From contig CM097885.1 of assembly GCA_044892525.1 (NCBI GenBank), positions 38,566,001 through 38,630,000 on the forward strand: a stretch of DNA of 64,000 nucleotides, read 5' to 3'. Positions within the stretch are counted from its first letter, which is position 1. Each line of letters begins with the position of its first letter. Shown piece by piece: positions 49,305-62,800 of this stretch. The notes below the pieces were generated by a model that searched no databases, was not told the origin of the DNA, and saw only the letters and a list, made by a program, of their open reading frames with translations. The stretch comes from Schmidtea polychroa (Eukaryota). The translations under genes and the position numbers were made by a program.

Positions 49305-50194
49305 AGTGTTACAATTACAAAATTTACCTTTCGTTTTAATTTTGACTTTTCAACAATCAATCGTTACAAATTTTTCCACTTTGCTTCAATTATAAAATCA
49401 CCACTTTAATAATTCTCGAATAATGTTCACCACCTTCAAATAAACGTTTCACTTCAATATTTATTTATTTAATTATTATAATCTTTTTCCAAAAATTTTT
49501 TTTTTCGATACTTTACTAATCTCAACAAATTTTCACCGTGTAGTGAGCCGTTACACGGCCTTAACAATATCTATATACCTATTATACTATATTATATTAT
49601 ATTATATTATATTATATCTATAAATGCGCGGTCACCAGCGAATAAGGACCAAGCAGAACACAATTACAGTCAATCAAAATTCGTGCGATCAGCTAATACT
49701 TCTACTTATCAATCAGGCTCTATTAATCAATCTCAGGCGAGTAAAGCAAATTCGATGCCATGTTATCATTATCAAGATAAACTGTATTCGGCTCCCAATA
49801 ATTTTAGTGTTGGCTCTCATAGACCAACACCCTCATCCATTACAATTCGCGAAATACGTAACAAATCCTAACAATAATATGAACCCGAATAGATCTTTTT
49901 ATCAAACCACCTCACGTCTTTACAAATTCTGATCAATGTGATTATGCAAAAAAGGATCAGAACGGCAAAGGATATACATTTCCTCAAATATTGTATGCGA
50001 ATGACAATGGTCAAATTGGTTCATGGACAAATCGGCAGGCTGTAAAATCTTTAGAAATAATCGGACTATATGAAATTATTATATATTTTTGTTTTACTCA
50101 GATCTGTAAATTTTTGTAATTCAAATTAAAAGCTTTGTAATTAAAATTAAAAATATCTTTACCTGCAATTTGACTTATTCATCAGAATATTTTT

Positions 50195-50788
50195 ATGAGT
50201 AAAATAAACGATATGCAAAAACCTCAATTGGGTTGTTTTTCGCTAGCTAAAAATTCTTATTGTTATTCCAAAGATTCATTCGAATGCATGGATTCTCTAA
50301 AATATCTCAATGTAGAGAACTTTGGAAATGATAACTTGCATTTTGCTGCATTATTAATAAATGGTCATAATTGCCGAATTATAGTAGATAAATTATGTAA
50401 AAAAATTAAAGTCGAATTCGATGGAAGAAATTTTACGTCACTCACGGATTCCGATTCTATAATGAATTATATTGGAAATGTTTTAGAGAAAATCGAACAA
50501 AATTTCTTCAATGCAATGTCTAATTTATTCAAGAACAAATCAGATCTTTTGCAAACCTGTAACTTAAAATCTGAAGTTGAACAAGGTAAAATATTAATTG
50601 AAATAGACAAAATAGATGATCAATTGAAAAGTGGTGCAACTATTGCCAAATTACCAGAAAGGACTACGCCAACCACAACACACCGATCTTTTTTTTCGGT
50701 ATCACTCAAATATTATCACAATTTCAACAAATCTTCACCGACTTTTGATCACGTCGGGCTCACCAAATATGTTGGGTTTTTAATGTAA
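50195..50788 (+). CDS. Antisense ORF of unknown function in the element C leader
   Basis: 197-aa ATG-started ORF in very AT-rich DNA with globular-looking composition; runs across the PBS into the LTR. No recognisable family. Confidence 0.45.
   Translation: MSKINDMQKPQLGCFSLAKNSYCYSKDSFECMDSLKYLNVENFGNDNLHFAALLINGHNCRIIVDKLCKKIKVEFDGRNFTSLTDSDSIMNYIGNVLEKIEQNFFNAMSNLFKNKSDLLQTCNLKSEVEQGKILIEIDKIDDQLKSGATIAKLPERTTPTTTHRSFFSVSLKYYHNFNKSSPTFDHVGLTKYVGFLM
50747..50765 (-). promoter_or_regulatory. Primer-binding site of element C (tRNA-Trp)
   Basis: TGGTGAGCCCGACGTGAT, 4 nt from the LTR. Complementary, with one mismatch, to the 3' end of eukaryotic tRNA-Trp (ATCACGTCGGGGTCACCA). Confidence 0.85.
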
Positions 50789-51601
50789 GTCGGTATCACG
50801 GTCTGACTCCTTTGTGTTCTTTATCAAAATCAAGATAACCAAACACAATAATTTTATTCAAGGCTAATACAAGTACACTGGTTGATTACACTCTTTATTG
50901 AACAATTTCAATCTTTAATAACTCTGATCTGCACTTTTCAATGATACAATAAATTTCCAATTATCACAACTTCTAAATCATTTAACTCACTCGTTTAATC
51001 CTACTAACTTTTCGACCAACTGGTATTTTGTTTTCTTGCCAGTTGCTTTTATACTCGCTTGGTAATTGGCTTTATTTTTGCCAATTATTTTTGGTCTTAT
51101 TTCCCCCCGGGCTTCCTCTTGGAGGTCTAATTCAATTGAAGGGAATTTGCTCATTTTCTTAGACGGCGCTTATTACTTTTTATCCGGCTAAATTAATTGC
51201 CTTCCCAAAATTGGATTTCTCCGGCTGAATTAATTGCCTTCCTAAAATTGGATTTCTCAATTCGCTCGGGTTTTCCATTGTATCGGGTTTCCCATTAGCT
51301 CGGGTTCTCCATTAGCTCGGGTTTCCCATTAGCTTGGGTTTTCCATTAGTTAATTAATTTTTAATTAATTTTTGTTTTTTGTAATTTATTCCTTTTAGGG
51401 ACCCCCCATTGATTTTATTCTATTGTAGCTGAACTCGTCTCATTATTTAGCATCCGCCCATACCAGTTTCCCCCAGAAAATATTCATTTTTTAAAATTTT
51501 TGATTTTTAATTAATATTTTATACTTTAAATTTTTATTTTGAATTTGGTGTTTTTGTCAATTTTCACCTCATTTTTGTGCCTCTCTTGTTGAACCCCAAC
51601 A
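50770..51601 (-). repeat. 5' LTR of element C
   Basis: Minus-strand TATAAAA near 51050 and AATAAA near 50895; 17-bp and 37-bp tandem repeats upstream of the TATA (U3). Confidence 0.95.
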
Positions 51602-51605
51602 GATA

Positions 51606-54012
51606 TATACCTACTGAATTGATAAATTATAGCTAAAATATATTGTTTTCCATGAATTGTTTTCTTAAATGGTCCACAGAAATCAATAAATATCTCTTTG
51701 AAAACTTCATCTGTACTCTGTTTAATCAGCGGTTCTTTTGTTCGTCTTGTCCACGTCTTCCGTTTCTGACACTGTTCACAATTTTCAATCACTCTTCTAA
51801 CTTCATTTTCACTAATTTTCATTTTCATATTTTTCCGTGCATATTCGTAAATCTTTTTTACCCCTGCGTGACATAAGTCTTTATGTATATTAAAAATTAT
51901 ACCTTCATTATTTACTTTTATTTCTTGGTCCATATTTTCTATGGCCAATATTTTAGTTTTATTTTTATCTACCTTGGCGTTTTCATGAACTGTTTGGCAC
52001 TGACTACATGAAGTACAGTCTTTTCTTGATAGGGCATCTGCGTTAGCATGCAATTCTCCTTTTCTGTATTCTAATTTGATATCTAGCCCACTTAAATAGT
52101 TAATCCATGTTTGGAATTGTGCTGTAATTGGCTTTTTTGTATTTATCATAAAGGTTATAGCTTTATGATCAGTTCTTAAAGTAAATCTTTTTCCATATAG
52201 ATAGTGTTTGAAATGCTGAGTAAAATGATAGATTGCAAGCAATTCCTTTCGCGTAATGCAGTAACCGATTTCGTGCTTATTCATTGTCTTTGATCCATAT
52301 GCAATAACTTGTTCTTGTCCATTACTACTCAACTGCGAAAGCACTCCCCCAATCGTATCGAAACTAGCATCTGTATCTAAAATAAAGGTTTTTCGTAAAT
52401 CCGGAAATCCTAGTACTGGGGTAGACGTTAACGCTTTCTTTAGAGTGTTGAAATTTCTTTCACATTCTTCAGTCCATATAAGTTTATCTTTGTTAGACCC
52501 ACATAACCTTTCTAATGGTCTTGCAAACTTGGCGTAATCTTTAACAAATTTTCGATAATAATTTGTTAAGCCTAGAAAGCTTCTTAAACGTTTAATACAT
52601 TTTGGTTTTTCATATTCTTGCATTGCTTTTATCTTTTCATAATCTGTCTTAATACCATTTTTATTTATAATGTGTCCCAAAAATTTTATTTCTAGTTTGT
52701 TAAAACAATATTTTTCTAAGCTTATTTTCAAACCAGCTTCTTGAATCTTTCGAAAAACTCTTTCTAGTCTTTTTTTATGTTCGATTTCATTGTCTGCAAA
52801 TATAAGGATATCATCTAAATAGACAATTGCTTCTCTCCAATTAAGATCACCCAAAACTTGAGTCATTAATTTTTGAAAAGTTGCTGGGGCAGCTGCAATT
52901 CCAAAAGGCATTCGGTTAAAACAATATTGACCATCTTTTGTTGAAAATGCAGTCTTTATTTTTGATTCCTCTTCTAATTCCACTTGATAATAGGCATTAC
53001 CAAGATCGATAGTGCTAAATATCTGTGCTCCATTTAGGATATCCATCATCTCTTCAATATTTGGTATTGGAAATCGAGGTCTCTCCGTAATTGCATTTAG
53101 TGCCCGAAAATCCAAACATATTCTAATATCTGATTTATTCTTTTTTAACACACATACCAATGGGCTATTCCACACCGAGTCACATTTTTTTATAATTCCT
53201 GCTTCTTCCATGTCTTTTAGCATGTCTTGTATTTTGTGAGCAATATGAATCGGCTGACGTCTAGGATTAATTGTCACTGGGCTACCTCTAGTAACTATCT
53301 TATGTTTAATTAACTGTGTTTTTCCTACATCCCATTTATTTTTCATGAATATATCCGAAAATTCTTTAAGTAATTTATTAATCGTTGGGTCGATAATTCC
53401 TTTCAAATTGTTTTCCTCTAAATTCATTAATTGATTTTTTAATTTTACTTTAGTTACTGCCTGTAATTTAATATCAAAACAATTCATCATTTCTACGCCT
53501 GCAATTACGCTCGGGTTAATCTTATTTGCCAGAAAGAATCTTATTACCAATTCTAATCCCGAAATTCTCACTTTTAGTAATATTGTTCCTATGATTTTAA
53601 GTGTGCTCTCGTTTGCACATGTAACCATAATATTGGATTCCCCTATTTTATCACACATCTTTAATTTACTAACCACATCTTCGCTAATCACGTTTATTCT
53701 AGCCCCGGTATCCAAAAGACAATCAACTTTTATTTTATTTTCCAGCCAAATACCTACACTAGGTCTGCCATTCATTCTTTCGTAAACGAATTTAGGTGCA
53801 AAAGGTCTTTCTTTATTTTCATTAACTTTATTATTAATTATATCGATACTCATAATCTTATCAATTTTGTTATTAATTTCATAAAAACTATATTCAAAAT
53901 AATTTTCAAAGTCAAAACATTCACAATCATTCATAATTACATCATTAATTTTTAAATCATCTTTAAATTCATTCATTACGGAAATCTTGAAATCACAAGC
54001 ATTCAAATTCAA
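51606..54012 (-). CDS. pol: pol of element B (PR-RT-RH-IN N-terminal half), disrupted by element C
   Basis: LLDTGA, MPFG, YLDD, LDTDAS, ADALSR, HHCC, IDFCGP. Confidence 0.95.
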
Positions 54013-54037
54013 ACATTTCTGTCAACAATATACTTAC

Positions 54038-55150
54038 TTAAACCAAATTTATGGCTCCTAGCAACTCCCTTGAAACTGGAGCCTCCCCTTTAAGCTGTTC
54101 GCAATCTTTTTGCATGTCATCCTGTTGAATCAGCTCTCCTTCCTCGTATTCGTAGTCGTATATCGCATTGCATTGTCTTCGATGTGGTCCTCTGTCTGAA
54201 GATTGGTTTCTGCTTTGATATTGTCCTCTGGATCCAAATTGTTTTTGATTTCTATCATAATTTCTTCCGTTGTAATATGCTTCTGTTTTAACTGAATTTC
54301 TTCTGATGTCCCAACATTGATACTTGAAATGACCATTTTTGGAACATTGAGAGCATTTTACGTTTGGGCATTCTGCTCGAATATGTCCTTGCTCTCCACA
54401 CGCCCAACATCTCTGCAGTTTAAATCGCCTGGTCCCGTTCTTCCAGTCACTTTTATTTGGCATATTGAAGTTCACGGCCTCATTGGTTCTAGAGTTAGAA
54501 AATATTGGCGTCTTATTCTGTTGGTACAACTGAGTTTTTCTCGGACTTTTGATTGTCTCCGCATATGATTTATTTTCATGTAGAGATTCTAAGGATTGTT
54601 CACTTGAAAGCTCTTTTTGAATTTCTTCCATTCTTGATATCACTTCCTTGGCCTTATCTACTGATTTAACTTCTCTTAATTTCAATTCTTTTTTTGTTTC
54701 CATATCTTCCATTGCATTCTGCATTAAAAATAACATTAATGCCGGTTTTGTTAATTTGTGTCGAAGAACATTGTCACCGAGCTTTTCCACTTTATTGAAA
54801 AACTCGGTGCACGAGTCATTTCCTTTTCGATATCTTAAAGCTGCGTCTAGATCCATGGCTAGATTTTTCCTTGGCTCGAACGCTTTTCTTAATCTTTCTT
54901 CATAGCCTGAATAATCGCTCTGTACTTCTTCATATTTCTGGATCAACTCTACCGACAGAAAGGCCTTGGTAAAAATTTCTTGAGTTTCTTGCGGTTGTTG
55001 AGTGAATTCGAAAAATCTCTTCAATTCCAAAATAAAAATTTCTAAATCACCATTTGGCAGCAATTGATTAGGTGGCTTGATATAGTTCTGGAGTCCTGGC
55101 GTGGTCGCCATGTTAGAAGAAGACATAGTTTCACAGAAATCTTTATTCAC
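54038..55150 (-). CDS. gag: gag of element B
   Basis: Two CCHC knuckles (CWACGEQGHIRAEC, CSQCSKNGHFKYQC); probable start at the LTR/PBS junction. Confidence 0.9.
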   Translation of the reverse strand: MNKDFCETMSSSNMATTPGLQNYIKPPNQLLPNGDLEIFILELKRFFEFTQQPQETQEIFTKAFLSVELIQKYEEVQSDYSGYEERLRKAFEPRKNLAMDLDAALRYRKGNDSCTEFFNKVEKLGDNVLRHKLTKPALMLFLMQNAMEDMETKKELKLREVKSVDKAKEVISRMEEIQKELSSEQSLESLHENKSYAETIKSPRKTQLYQQNKTPIFSNSRTNEAVNFNMPNKSDWKNGTRRFKLQRCWACGEQGHIRAECPNVKCSQCSKNGHFKYQCWDIRRNSVKTEAYYNGRNYDRNQKQFGSRGQYQSRNQSSDRGPHRRQCNAIYDYEYEEGELIQQDDMQKDCEQLKGEAPVSRELLGAINLV

Positions 55151-55376
55151 TTCAAAAATCTAAACGGAACACACAATCGTTATACTATTTATAGTACATT
55201 GAATTGCGTAATCTACAATAGGGAGAATTATTAGTTTAAGTGATACTGTTGACACAGAAGACAAACATAATTACTTAATTTAGTTATACAAGCATTCCCG
55301 CATCATTCAATAGATATCAAGGTCTAGTGACCTGGTTATGTAAGTAATTCGTTGGAAATTATTATATCATCTTACA
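55111..55376 (-). repeat. 5' LTR of element B
   Basis: Direct repeat of 22039-22304, adjacent to the PBS. Confidence 0.95.
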
Positions 55377-55381
55377 CCAGC

Positions 55382-55730
55382 TAAACAATCTAAAAAGATA
55401 ATAAAGAAAGATGTTGAAGCGTTTAAGGATGCTCGTGAAAAATGCATTTGTAAGACCTTTAACGTTTTAGTTAAGCAAATCAACAGCCTTTATGAAATTA
55501 AAATTAACAAAACGCAATGGAGATTGTCGCGATGCAGTTGCGATTGAAACATCAAGAATTACATCTGTAAACATGTCATTGGAGTATGTTCAAAATTGAA
55601 AATTGCCAGATTCCAATCGCCTCTGTCAACAAACGATTAGAAAAAAAACGTAGTCGAGGAAGACCCACTTTGGCAGCAGCACTAGTGGTAGATTCTACTG
55701 GATTCAAAAAAGCTTATAAACTTATTTAAC
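55382..55730 (+). pseudogene. MULE transposase pseudogene, 3' part (SWIM finger, AT-hook)
   Basis: SRCSCD*NIKNYICKHVIG (SWIM CxC...CxH) and RSRGRP. Confidence 0.85.
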
Positions 55731-56489
55731 TTGTTAAATTAATAACGATTTGTCTTCGCATTTAATACAATATTCTTTGTGTTTTTTGTTATTAAATTAA
55801 TTTAGTGCTTACAAAGGAATTTTTAGTGCTTATAAAAGGTTTTTATAGTGTAACAATGCATACCTGATTAATATAGTGTATTTAAATATTATACTGCAAC
55901 TTGTGATTAATTATAGTGCAGAGTGTATTTGATGCAGAGTAAAATGTAATTTCTTGCATTCTTTATTAAGTTTTTATTTGTTGAAAAATATCTAAATCTT
56001 ATAAATTATACATTTCTTTTAAGAAAAATTACTATCAGATGATCTCTATAATCTAATTTTTTATTTTTAACCACTATATTAGTAGTTTGTAAAGCCAAAC
56101 GAGTAGTTTACTGAGATAATTAAATATTTTTTACTATATTACCTATAAAAACCCCAAATTTACGGTCTAGATTCGAGAAAAGGGATTAAAAAAAGTTAAG
56201 TACTGTCGATTGATACTGTCGATTATTTTCTATACGTATAATCTTTTTTTAAGAAGTGCAAAGTTTTGTTATATTGCGGTTCTTAAATTAAAATATTTGA
56301 AAGTTTTAAATTATGTTGTATATTGACATTACGGTATTTTAAAATGCTGTAGAATTTTTATATTTATTGTATTCATTATAATTTCAATTAATATCTTAAT
56401 TTCAAATATTTTTAAAAGCATTCAATATTATGAACTAGAAATGTCAATAACAAATCATTATTATTGATTTATCGTGCATGGTCTTTGTC

Positions 56490-57400
56490 TTCTACTTTTA
56501 AAATTCAGTAAAAAGTGTTGACAAATTGGTTGAATTGTTAATGAAGAACGGTTATTCAAAATCCTTTTTATTAATTATGGTAAGAGACTGTTGACAAATT
56601 TATTAAAAATCCTAAGGATCCATGTTTGAGAAAATCTGGGTGTGATTTTGTGTGTGAGTCTGATGAGATAAATAAATTAAATAATGTGAGCAAGGATGAT
56701 GAGCCTAAATTTGTGTTAGTATTGCCGTACTCAGAAGGTTTTAAGGATTATAAAGTGAAGATAAGAAAGCAGTTAGGGAATTTAAACTATAGGATAGTGT
56801 CAACTTCATGGAAAGTACGCAATATGTTTAATAATAAGTCAAAAACTCCGGTTGGATTGTGTTCCGATCTCGTTTATCAGTTTACATGTAATGGGTGTAA
56901 TGCCACATACATTGGAGAGGCTTCCCGTCATCTCTGTATTCGAGCTCGAGAACATTGTAGACCGAAGGCTTTGACCCATATTGGTGAGTAAGAATAAAAT
57001 AGGTATGTCTGATTTTAAAATTTTTTTAAAAAATTTCGATAATTATTGGGAACGTGTAATTTGTGAGCCATTATTGATAAAGTCATTGAATCCAAAAATT
57101 AATGTGCAGAATGCAGTGAATACTTGTGTTTTAAATGTTTTTAAATATTTTTTTGTATATTGTATGTATTGATTGCTGTTTGTGAAATTAATTAATTAAT
57201 AAAATTTTTTAAAAAATAATATATAATATTAATTATGATTTTAAAAAAAATGACTTTTTATTAAATATAAAAAAAAATTTTTAAATAAATAAATTTGATT
57301 AAAATCTTTAATTTATATAATTATTATATCCCACCTGATGATGACTGGAAAACTGTCGAAATATATCGTGAAAAGAATGTTTGATTGGCGTTATCTTATC
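56490..57400 (+). mobile_element. Penelope-like retroelement, 5'-truncated
   Basis: RT thumb end (LMKNGY, LVLPY), GIY-YIG endonuclease (LVYQFTCNGCNATYIGE...R..EH...NPKIN), 3' hammerhead. Confidence 0.88.
57332..57370 (+). ncRNA. Minimal type I hammerhead ribozyme
   Basis: CAC-CTGATGA-T-GAC...GTC-GAAA-TATA-TC-GTG: complete core, 3-bp stems I and II, palindromic stem III, as typical of Penelope elements. Confidence 0.8.
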
Positions 57401-57438
57401 ATTATTAAATCATTTGAATTAAATAATTGTAATATATA

Positions 57439-58590
57439 CAGGGGTAATCATATTTTCCGTACACATTAAAAATGTTTAAAAATAAAACTTCCAGTGGATT
57501 TTATTTTATAATTTTATCTCTGTAATTCTTAACTTAAAGTATGCCCCACAATGAGGCAAACACATTTATTAATCAAATACGATACAATAATGTATATTTA
57601 TATAAAATAAAAATTTTCCGTACATTTAATAGTTTATGCGTTCTCCGCTTTTAACAATCACTGAAATCAGTTTTAGAAGGATTTATATAAATGCTTGACT
57701 ACTTCTCTATTTTCTTCATAAAATTCATGTACGGCGCATCTGATACGATCATTTAACTCCATAATTGATTTAATGGTTGGGCATTAATATACCTTAACCG
57801 ACAAAAGATACCAAATATTTTCGATTAAGTTTAAATCAGGACTGTACGGTGATCATGACAAAAAATTGATATTTCTACTTTGGATAAATTTTATAAACTC
57901 TTCAGACACATGGATTGGGGCGTTGCCTTGTTGAAAAGTCATTTCATTTTCAAAATTAAGTTTAATATATGGAATTGCAAATTTTTTAAGAATTTCTATA
58001 TATTTCAATGATGATTGACAACCTTTCATGATTTTATAAGACACTACCCCAAACGATAAGACCAGGAGATTTAAATACTTTCTTTATTCTTTTTGGAGAT
58101 CTTCCTTTTTCTATCCAACATATATAACTATCACAACCATTCAAAGTAAATATTTTTTCGTCTGAAAATACGACATTATGCCAGTTAATTCCATTTATTA
58201 ACCCTTGCTTGCATTGATTGATTCTTTTCTTTGACATTTTTATTTAGAGAAAATTTTCTTTGTATATCTGTATAAACAAACTTAAAGCACCTCAAAATTC
58301 TATGAACTGTTGATAAAAAGCCCGAATATTTAATTTCTGCTTTAAATCTCGAGCAGTGCATTTCTCATTTAACTTAAAAGACTGTTCTAACTCGGTTTTC
58401 ATATGCCTTACTTCCCTTTTTGAAATTTTTGGCTTTGGTCCTTTTTTCCTTTTTATTTTTGTCCAATTTTGGATAATATATTGTACGGATTATCATGCAA
58501 CATGGTATTTATTTGAAATCCGAAAATTTATTTCACTTCAAACCAAAATTCAAATTTTATATAGGCTTAAAAATCAAGAGAAGATATTTT
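57439..58590 (-). mobile_element. Tc1-family transposon, decayed
   Basis: TA|CAGGGGT terminus; WHNVVFSDEK, VWG, FQQGNAPIH, SPDLNLIENIW motifs. Confidence 0.85.
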
Positions 58591-58619
58591 AATTTAAATT
58601 AGAACCATAAAACAGAAGA

Positions 58620-59040
58620 AAAATTAGGAATTCGGTAGCATCCGGATCATCTGTGCTTGCCAAAATTACTGCTCGTCCGAGAGCAAATATAATGGGAAAA
58701 TGGAACAAGTCCTTATAGTATGGGTAGAACATATGACACAAAACGGTTACCTTTAGACGAAAATGTGATCAAAGAAAAAGCTTTAAAAATATTTAAATGT
58801 TTAAAAGAAATGGGAGAATCGTCAGCTGATGAACCCAGTCATAAGTTAGTGAAGAATATTAGTGAAGACAAAGAGACTATTCCTTTTATGAACCGAGGTA
58901 TAAGGTCTTTTGTTTTGTTTTATCTTGAATAAAAGTTGTAACAAATATGTTTTATGTTTGATATTTGATATTGTATAGTAATTTAAAATATACATGCACC
59001 TAACTGTCCCAAAACAATTTTTAACGGTGACTCTGTTGGA
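58620..59040 (+). mobile_element. Tigger/pogo-like fragment (CENP-B-type HTH)
   Basis: MEQVLIVWVE...RLPLDENVIKEKALKIF. Confidence 0.6.
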
Positions 59041-59366
59041 CTCTACAATTCTCTTCAAATTACATAGCTATTTGACAACATAGTTATTATAAAATACAAA
59101 TCCCATCCATATATAGCAGGGATAGACTTCAATATTATACTTCTGGAAACTTATAGTAAACATGTTATATCTCAAGATACTTGTGAACTCTGATTTAAAT
59201 GCTTTAAAAAGTGGCGATTTATTTTATTTATATTTAAAATAATAATTAATAATATGTAATAATAATAAATATTAATAATAATAAATAATAATAATAAAAA
59301 GTAATAATTAATAATAGCAGCAATAATAATTAAGAATAAAAATATTAATAATAAATGAGAGCGTAC

Positions 59367-59961
59367 TTGTTCCGAACGGTACTACAATATCGTATACGTC
59401 ATCATTGGTTATGTTAACCAATCTAATAGCACCTTCAGTTATAAGTCGTGGAAAACTTTTAATCCAAATATCTTCAATCGCTAATATATCACACCCTACG
59501 ATTCCTTCATTAGCATTCTTGTGAAATTTATTCCATATTTTATGCAATAGATTATTCAAAGCATTGTTTGGCACAACCAAAAACAAAATAAATATTATAA
59601 AATTGATTAAAATTGCTCCAATAAAATATCCCCGGATTAATGACGCCCATCGCTTTTTATTAGATTTTAATCGCTTTTTTAATGACTTTTTACCTTCTTT
59701 CTTTAATAAAGGTTTGGAAATTTCTCTAATAAATGTTATATCATCACTATCGTTTGAGGATTCATCGATTAAAATATTTTCCATTTCGTGACCATTAGAA
59801 TATTTTTTATTTTGCGAATAAAATATCTGAGGAGACAATTTTTTATTATTTACTTCTAATTTTTTGTTATTGTTAGATAAATGATTTTTATTTTCCAATT
59901 CAATATCACTATCTTGAGAATTAATACATATGTTGTCAAATTTCTCTTGATTTTCAGTCAT
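59367..59961 (-). CDS. FAM234: FAM234-family protein, exon 1
   Basis: Cytosolic N-terminus with SDDITF motif, TM helix, then IWIKSFPRLITEGAIRLVNITNDDVYDIVVPFGT. GT donor in phase 1 matches the exon at 19289. Confidence 0.85.
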
Positions 59962-60759
59962 AGTTATCAATGAAAAACTAAAAATTAAACATGTCAATAT
60001 CTAACAGTTACATAAATACTATAATAAAATGCATTCTAATAAAAAATTTATAAATAAAAAGTTGGTCAATTTTATAGTTCAGTATAATTAAACAAACGAA
60101 TATCAATTTAATTTTTTTTATTAAAATTTTATGTGCCAATTGAATTTTGAACTATTTTTAATAAACAACAAATAAAAATGTAAATATGATTATAATATAA
60201 TAATTAATTTTATAAACAAATTTTTAATTAATGATAAAATGATAATCAGCTAAATTTAAATTTAGATTAAACGTAAAAATATTAATGAAGCTTTCAGATA
60301 TTGAAGATAGTGACGGGCTACAGATGGGAAAACATGTCATGTTTGTACTCGTTCTATCCTCTTGAGGCTTCAATTTACCACCTTTTTCTTCATCATGGTG
60401 TAATATTATTGATTTTCCAACACAATGCTCGTATTTATATACAATTTAGTATACAATTTAGTGGGTAGTTGTAAGCAAAAGGTGAGCCTTGGCACAAGGA
60501 ATTCTAATTCCCTCGTGGGCCTCTGGGTTTTCTGGCTTACTATAGAAAGTGTAGAGTTGTCTCCATCGTCATTATGTTTATTTGCCCTAACCATTTGTCA
60601 CAGATGGCTACCTCAAATTTGGATTCAGAAATTTTATCTAAACGAATGAGATTTGAAGTTGGAAATACAAGATTTTACGATCTGTGGTATTTGCCGGTGT
60701 ACCATACGATTAATTAAACGAAATGTAACAGAGTTTTTCAGATCATGTGTGATATTTGT

Positions 60760-62800
60760 TTAAGCGTACTTTGTGGGGTCTGGCAAACCCCAACCGCTTT
60801 TAAAGTCTTTCAGTACTCGCAACCTGAAACTTTACGACTTTTTCTAAAAGCTTAATTACAAAATGTCCATATTAATTTGCAGTTTTATGGTGGTGTAATT
60901 TATGGGATCTGACAGACCCCATAGAAAATGTCTAATAGCTGAATTGAATTATACTGATAAATTTTCACTTGATTGTTCATTTTTAAGTTACAATTGTTAC
61001 AAATAAGTTCGGATTATTTGACATTTTAATTACTTTGATGTTTGTTTATCATGTGTAAATTAAAAAATCCGATTTTTTGAATTTCTGCAAATTCAAAATT
61101 ATCTAATAGTAAGTACAATATTTCAAATTTACTAATCATAAATATTACAATATTGTTCAAACATGACACTTATCTATGCATTAGTTTAACATCATATTTG
61201 TTTACTAAGTTTACAAGCGATATTTTTCTTAATTTAATTTTCTTAATTATTTTTATTTTAGAGCATGCGTTTTCCTTGATCCCTGTCAAGATCAGCGCCT
61301 TTTGAAACATTTTTGAAAACACATCACTTAGTGAAGGAGACAACAGCAATGATGAACTTGACTTAAATGAACTTGAAGATGGTATTGAAGAAATGGACGA
61401 TCTTGAAGTAGACGTAAATTCAGAAAATTTTGAAATTAGTCCCGGTAAAGCTCTTACAATGATTCATTACCATTCATTAGATGATGTTTTTGTATCTGGC
61501 TCTACTACAGAAACATCTAGTGAGGAGGAGTAGAATGTAAATGGTGTAGTAATGAGCATTGGAAGAGTTTCTAGTCATCAAACCCCTCAGTCACGATGAC
61601 ATTTGGCTCAGCGTAGTATTCTACAAAGCAGACCAGAGCGAAAACCCAGTAAGAAGCTTTTGAAATGTTAACTGAGGAAACTATAAATGAAGCATTAATT
61701 TATTCGACCTTTTCGAGAGTTTAACCTAAAAACGGAAAATCAAAAGTATGGGTTCCAATAACTACAGAATTCGTCTGCATATCATTGCTGGTGTGTATAG
61801 TGTCGTCATACAAAGAATTTATAGTCTGTACGGAACGGCTTTCCAATCTTTAGAGCTGCAATGCCTCGTAATCGTTTCACACAAAATAGAACGTTTCGCT
61901 TCGTATTGATGAAAGACGAACACACTCCGCTGAGAGTCCGTTCTCCCCTATTCGTCAGACATTCAATGTTATTATCAAGAAATTGTCAACGTTTTATGAA
62001 TCTGAAGAAAACTTGACATTGGATGAGCAACTACTAGAGTTTCGTGGGCGTGTCAAGTTTAGGCAATATATTGCAAGCAAGCCCGGAAAATTTGGCCTCA
62101 AGTTCTTCTTGTTGTGTAAATAAGTTTAATGAAATGATTAGAAAAAGCAATCATGATATTCTATTTAATAGTATAAGCATTTCTGGCCGCCAGGAAAAAG
62201 ATACAGTGTGCTATTATAGTGGTTGTCAGTGTCTTCTCAGCTTTTGGGACAAAGTAAAGTCACCAGTTTTGCTCCTTTCTACAATCCACAAACCACTTTT
62301 CGTTGAGAGAAATAAGTCGGAAATCTTTTTCTTCTTCAATATCATTAAACCGGGCGTCGAGACTGTTAACAATATGGACAGACAAGTGTGATACTGTAGT
62401 GCTAAGTGGAAGTTAAAGAGATAGCATTATGACATTTTCGTGAATCTAGTGGCCATTGCTCTAACTAACGCTACAGTTTTATTCAACCCAGAGGAGATTG
62501 CTATATCATCTAGTTGAATAAGAGAATTTATAAACAACCTTGGCTACCAATTGATATATAACCAAATATAGCATCGAATTAACAAAGATCATCAATATGT
62601 GAAAGTTCCAACGATTCAAACTCTTCGTCGGTGCAGTTACAAATTGTCAATCCATTATGAAATGCAAGGAGTACAAGTTACTGCACGTAAAATTTGTACG
62701 ATCTGCACTTGGTCAAAGGATAAGAAAACAAAATTTCAATGTGTGGTATGTATATATCACATGTGCCTTGATCATTGACCTATAGTTTGCGCATTGTGTA
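60760..62800 (+). mobile_element. piggyBac transposon, decayed
   Basis: AAMPRNRF, LTLDEQLLEFRGR...QYIASKPGKFGLK, GVETV, C-terminal CTIC...CVVC...CLDH; many lesions; ends approximate. Confidence 0.85.
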
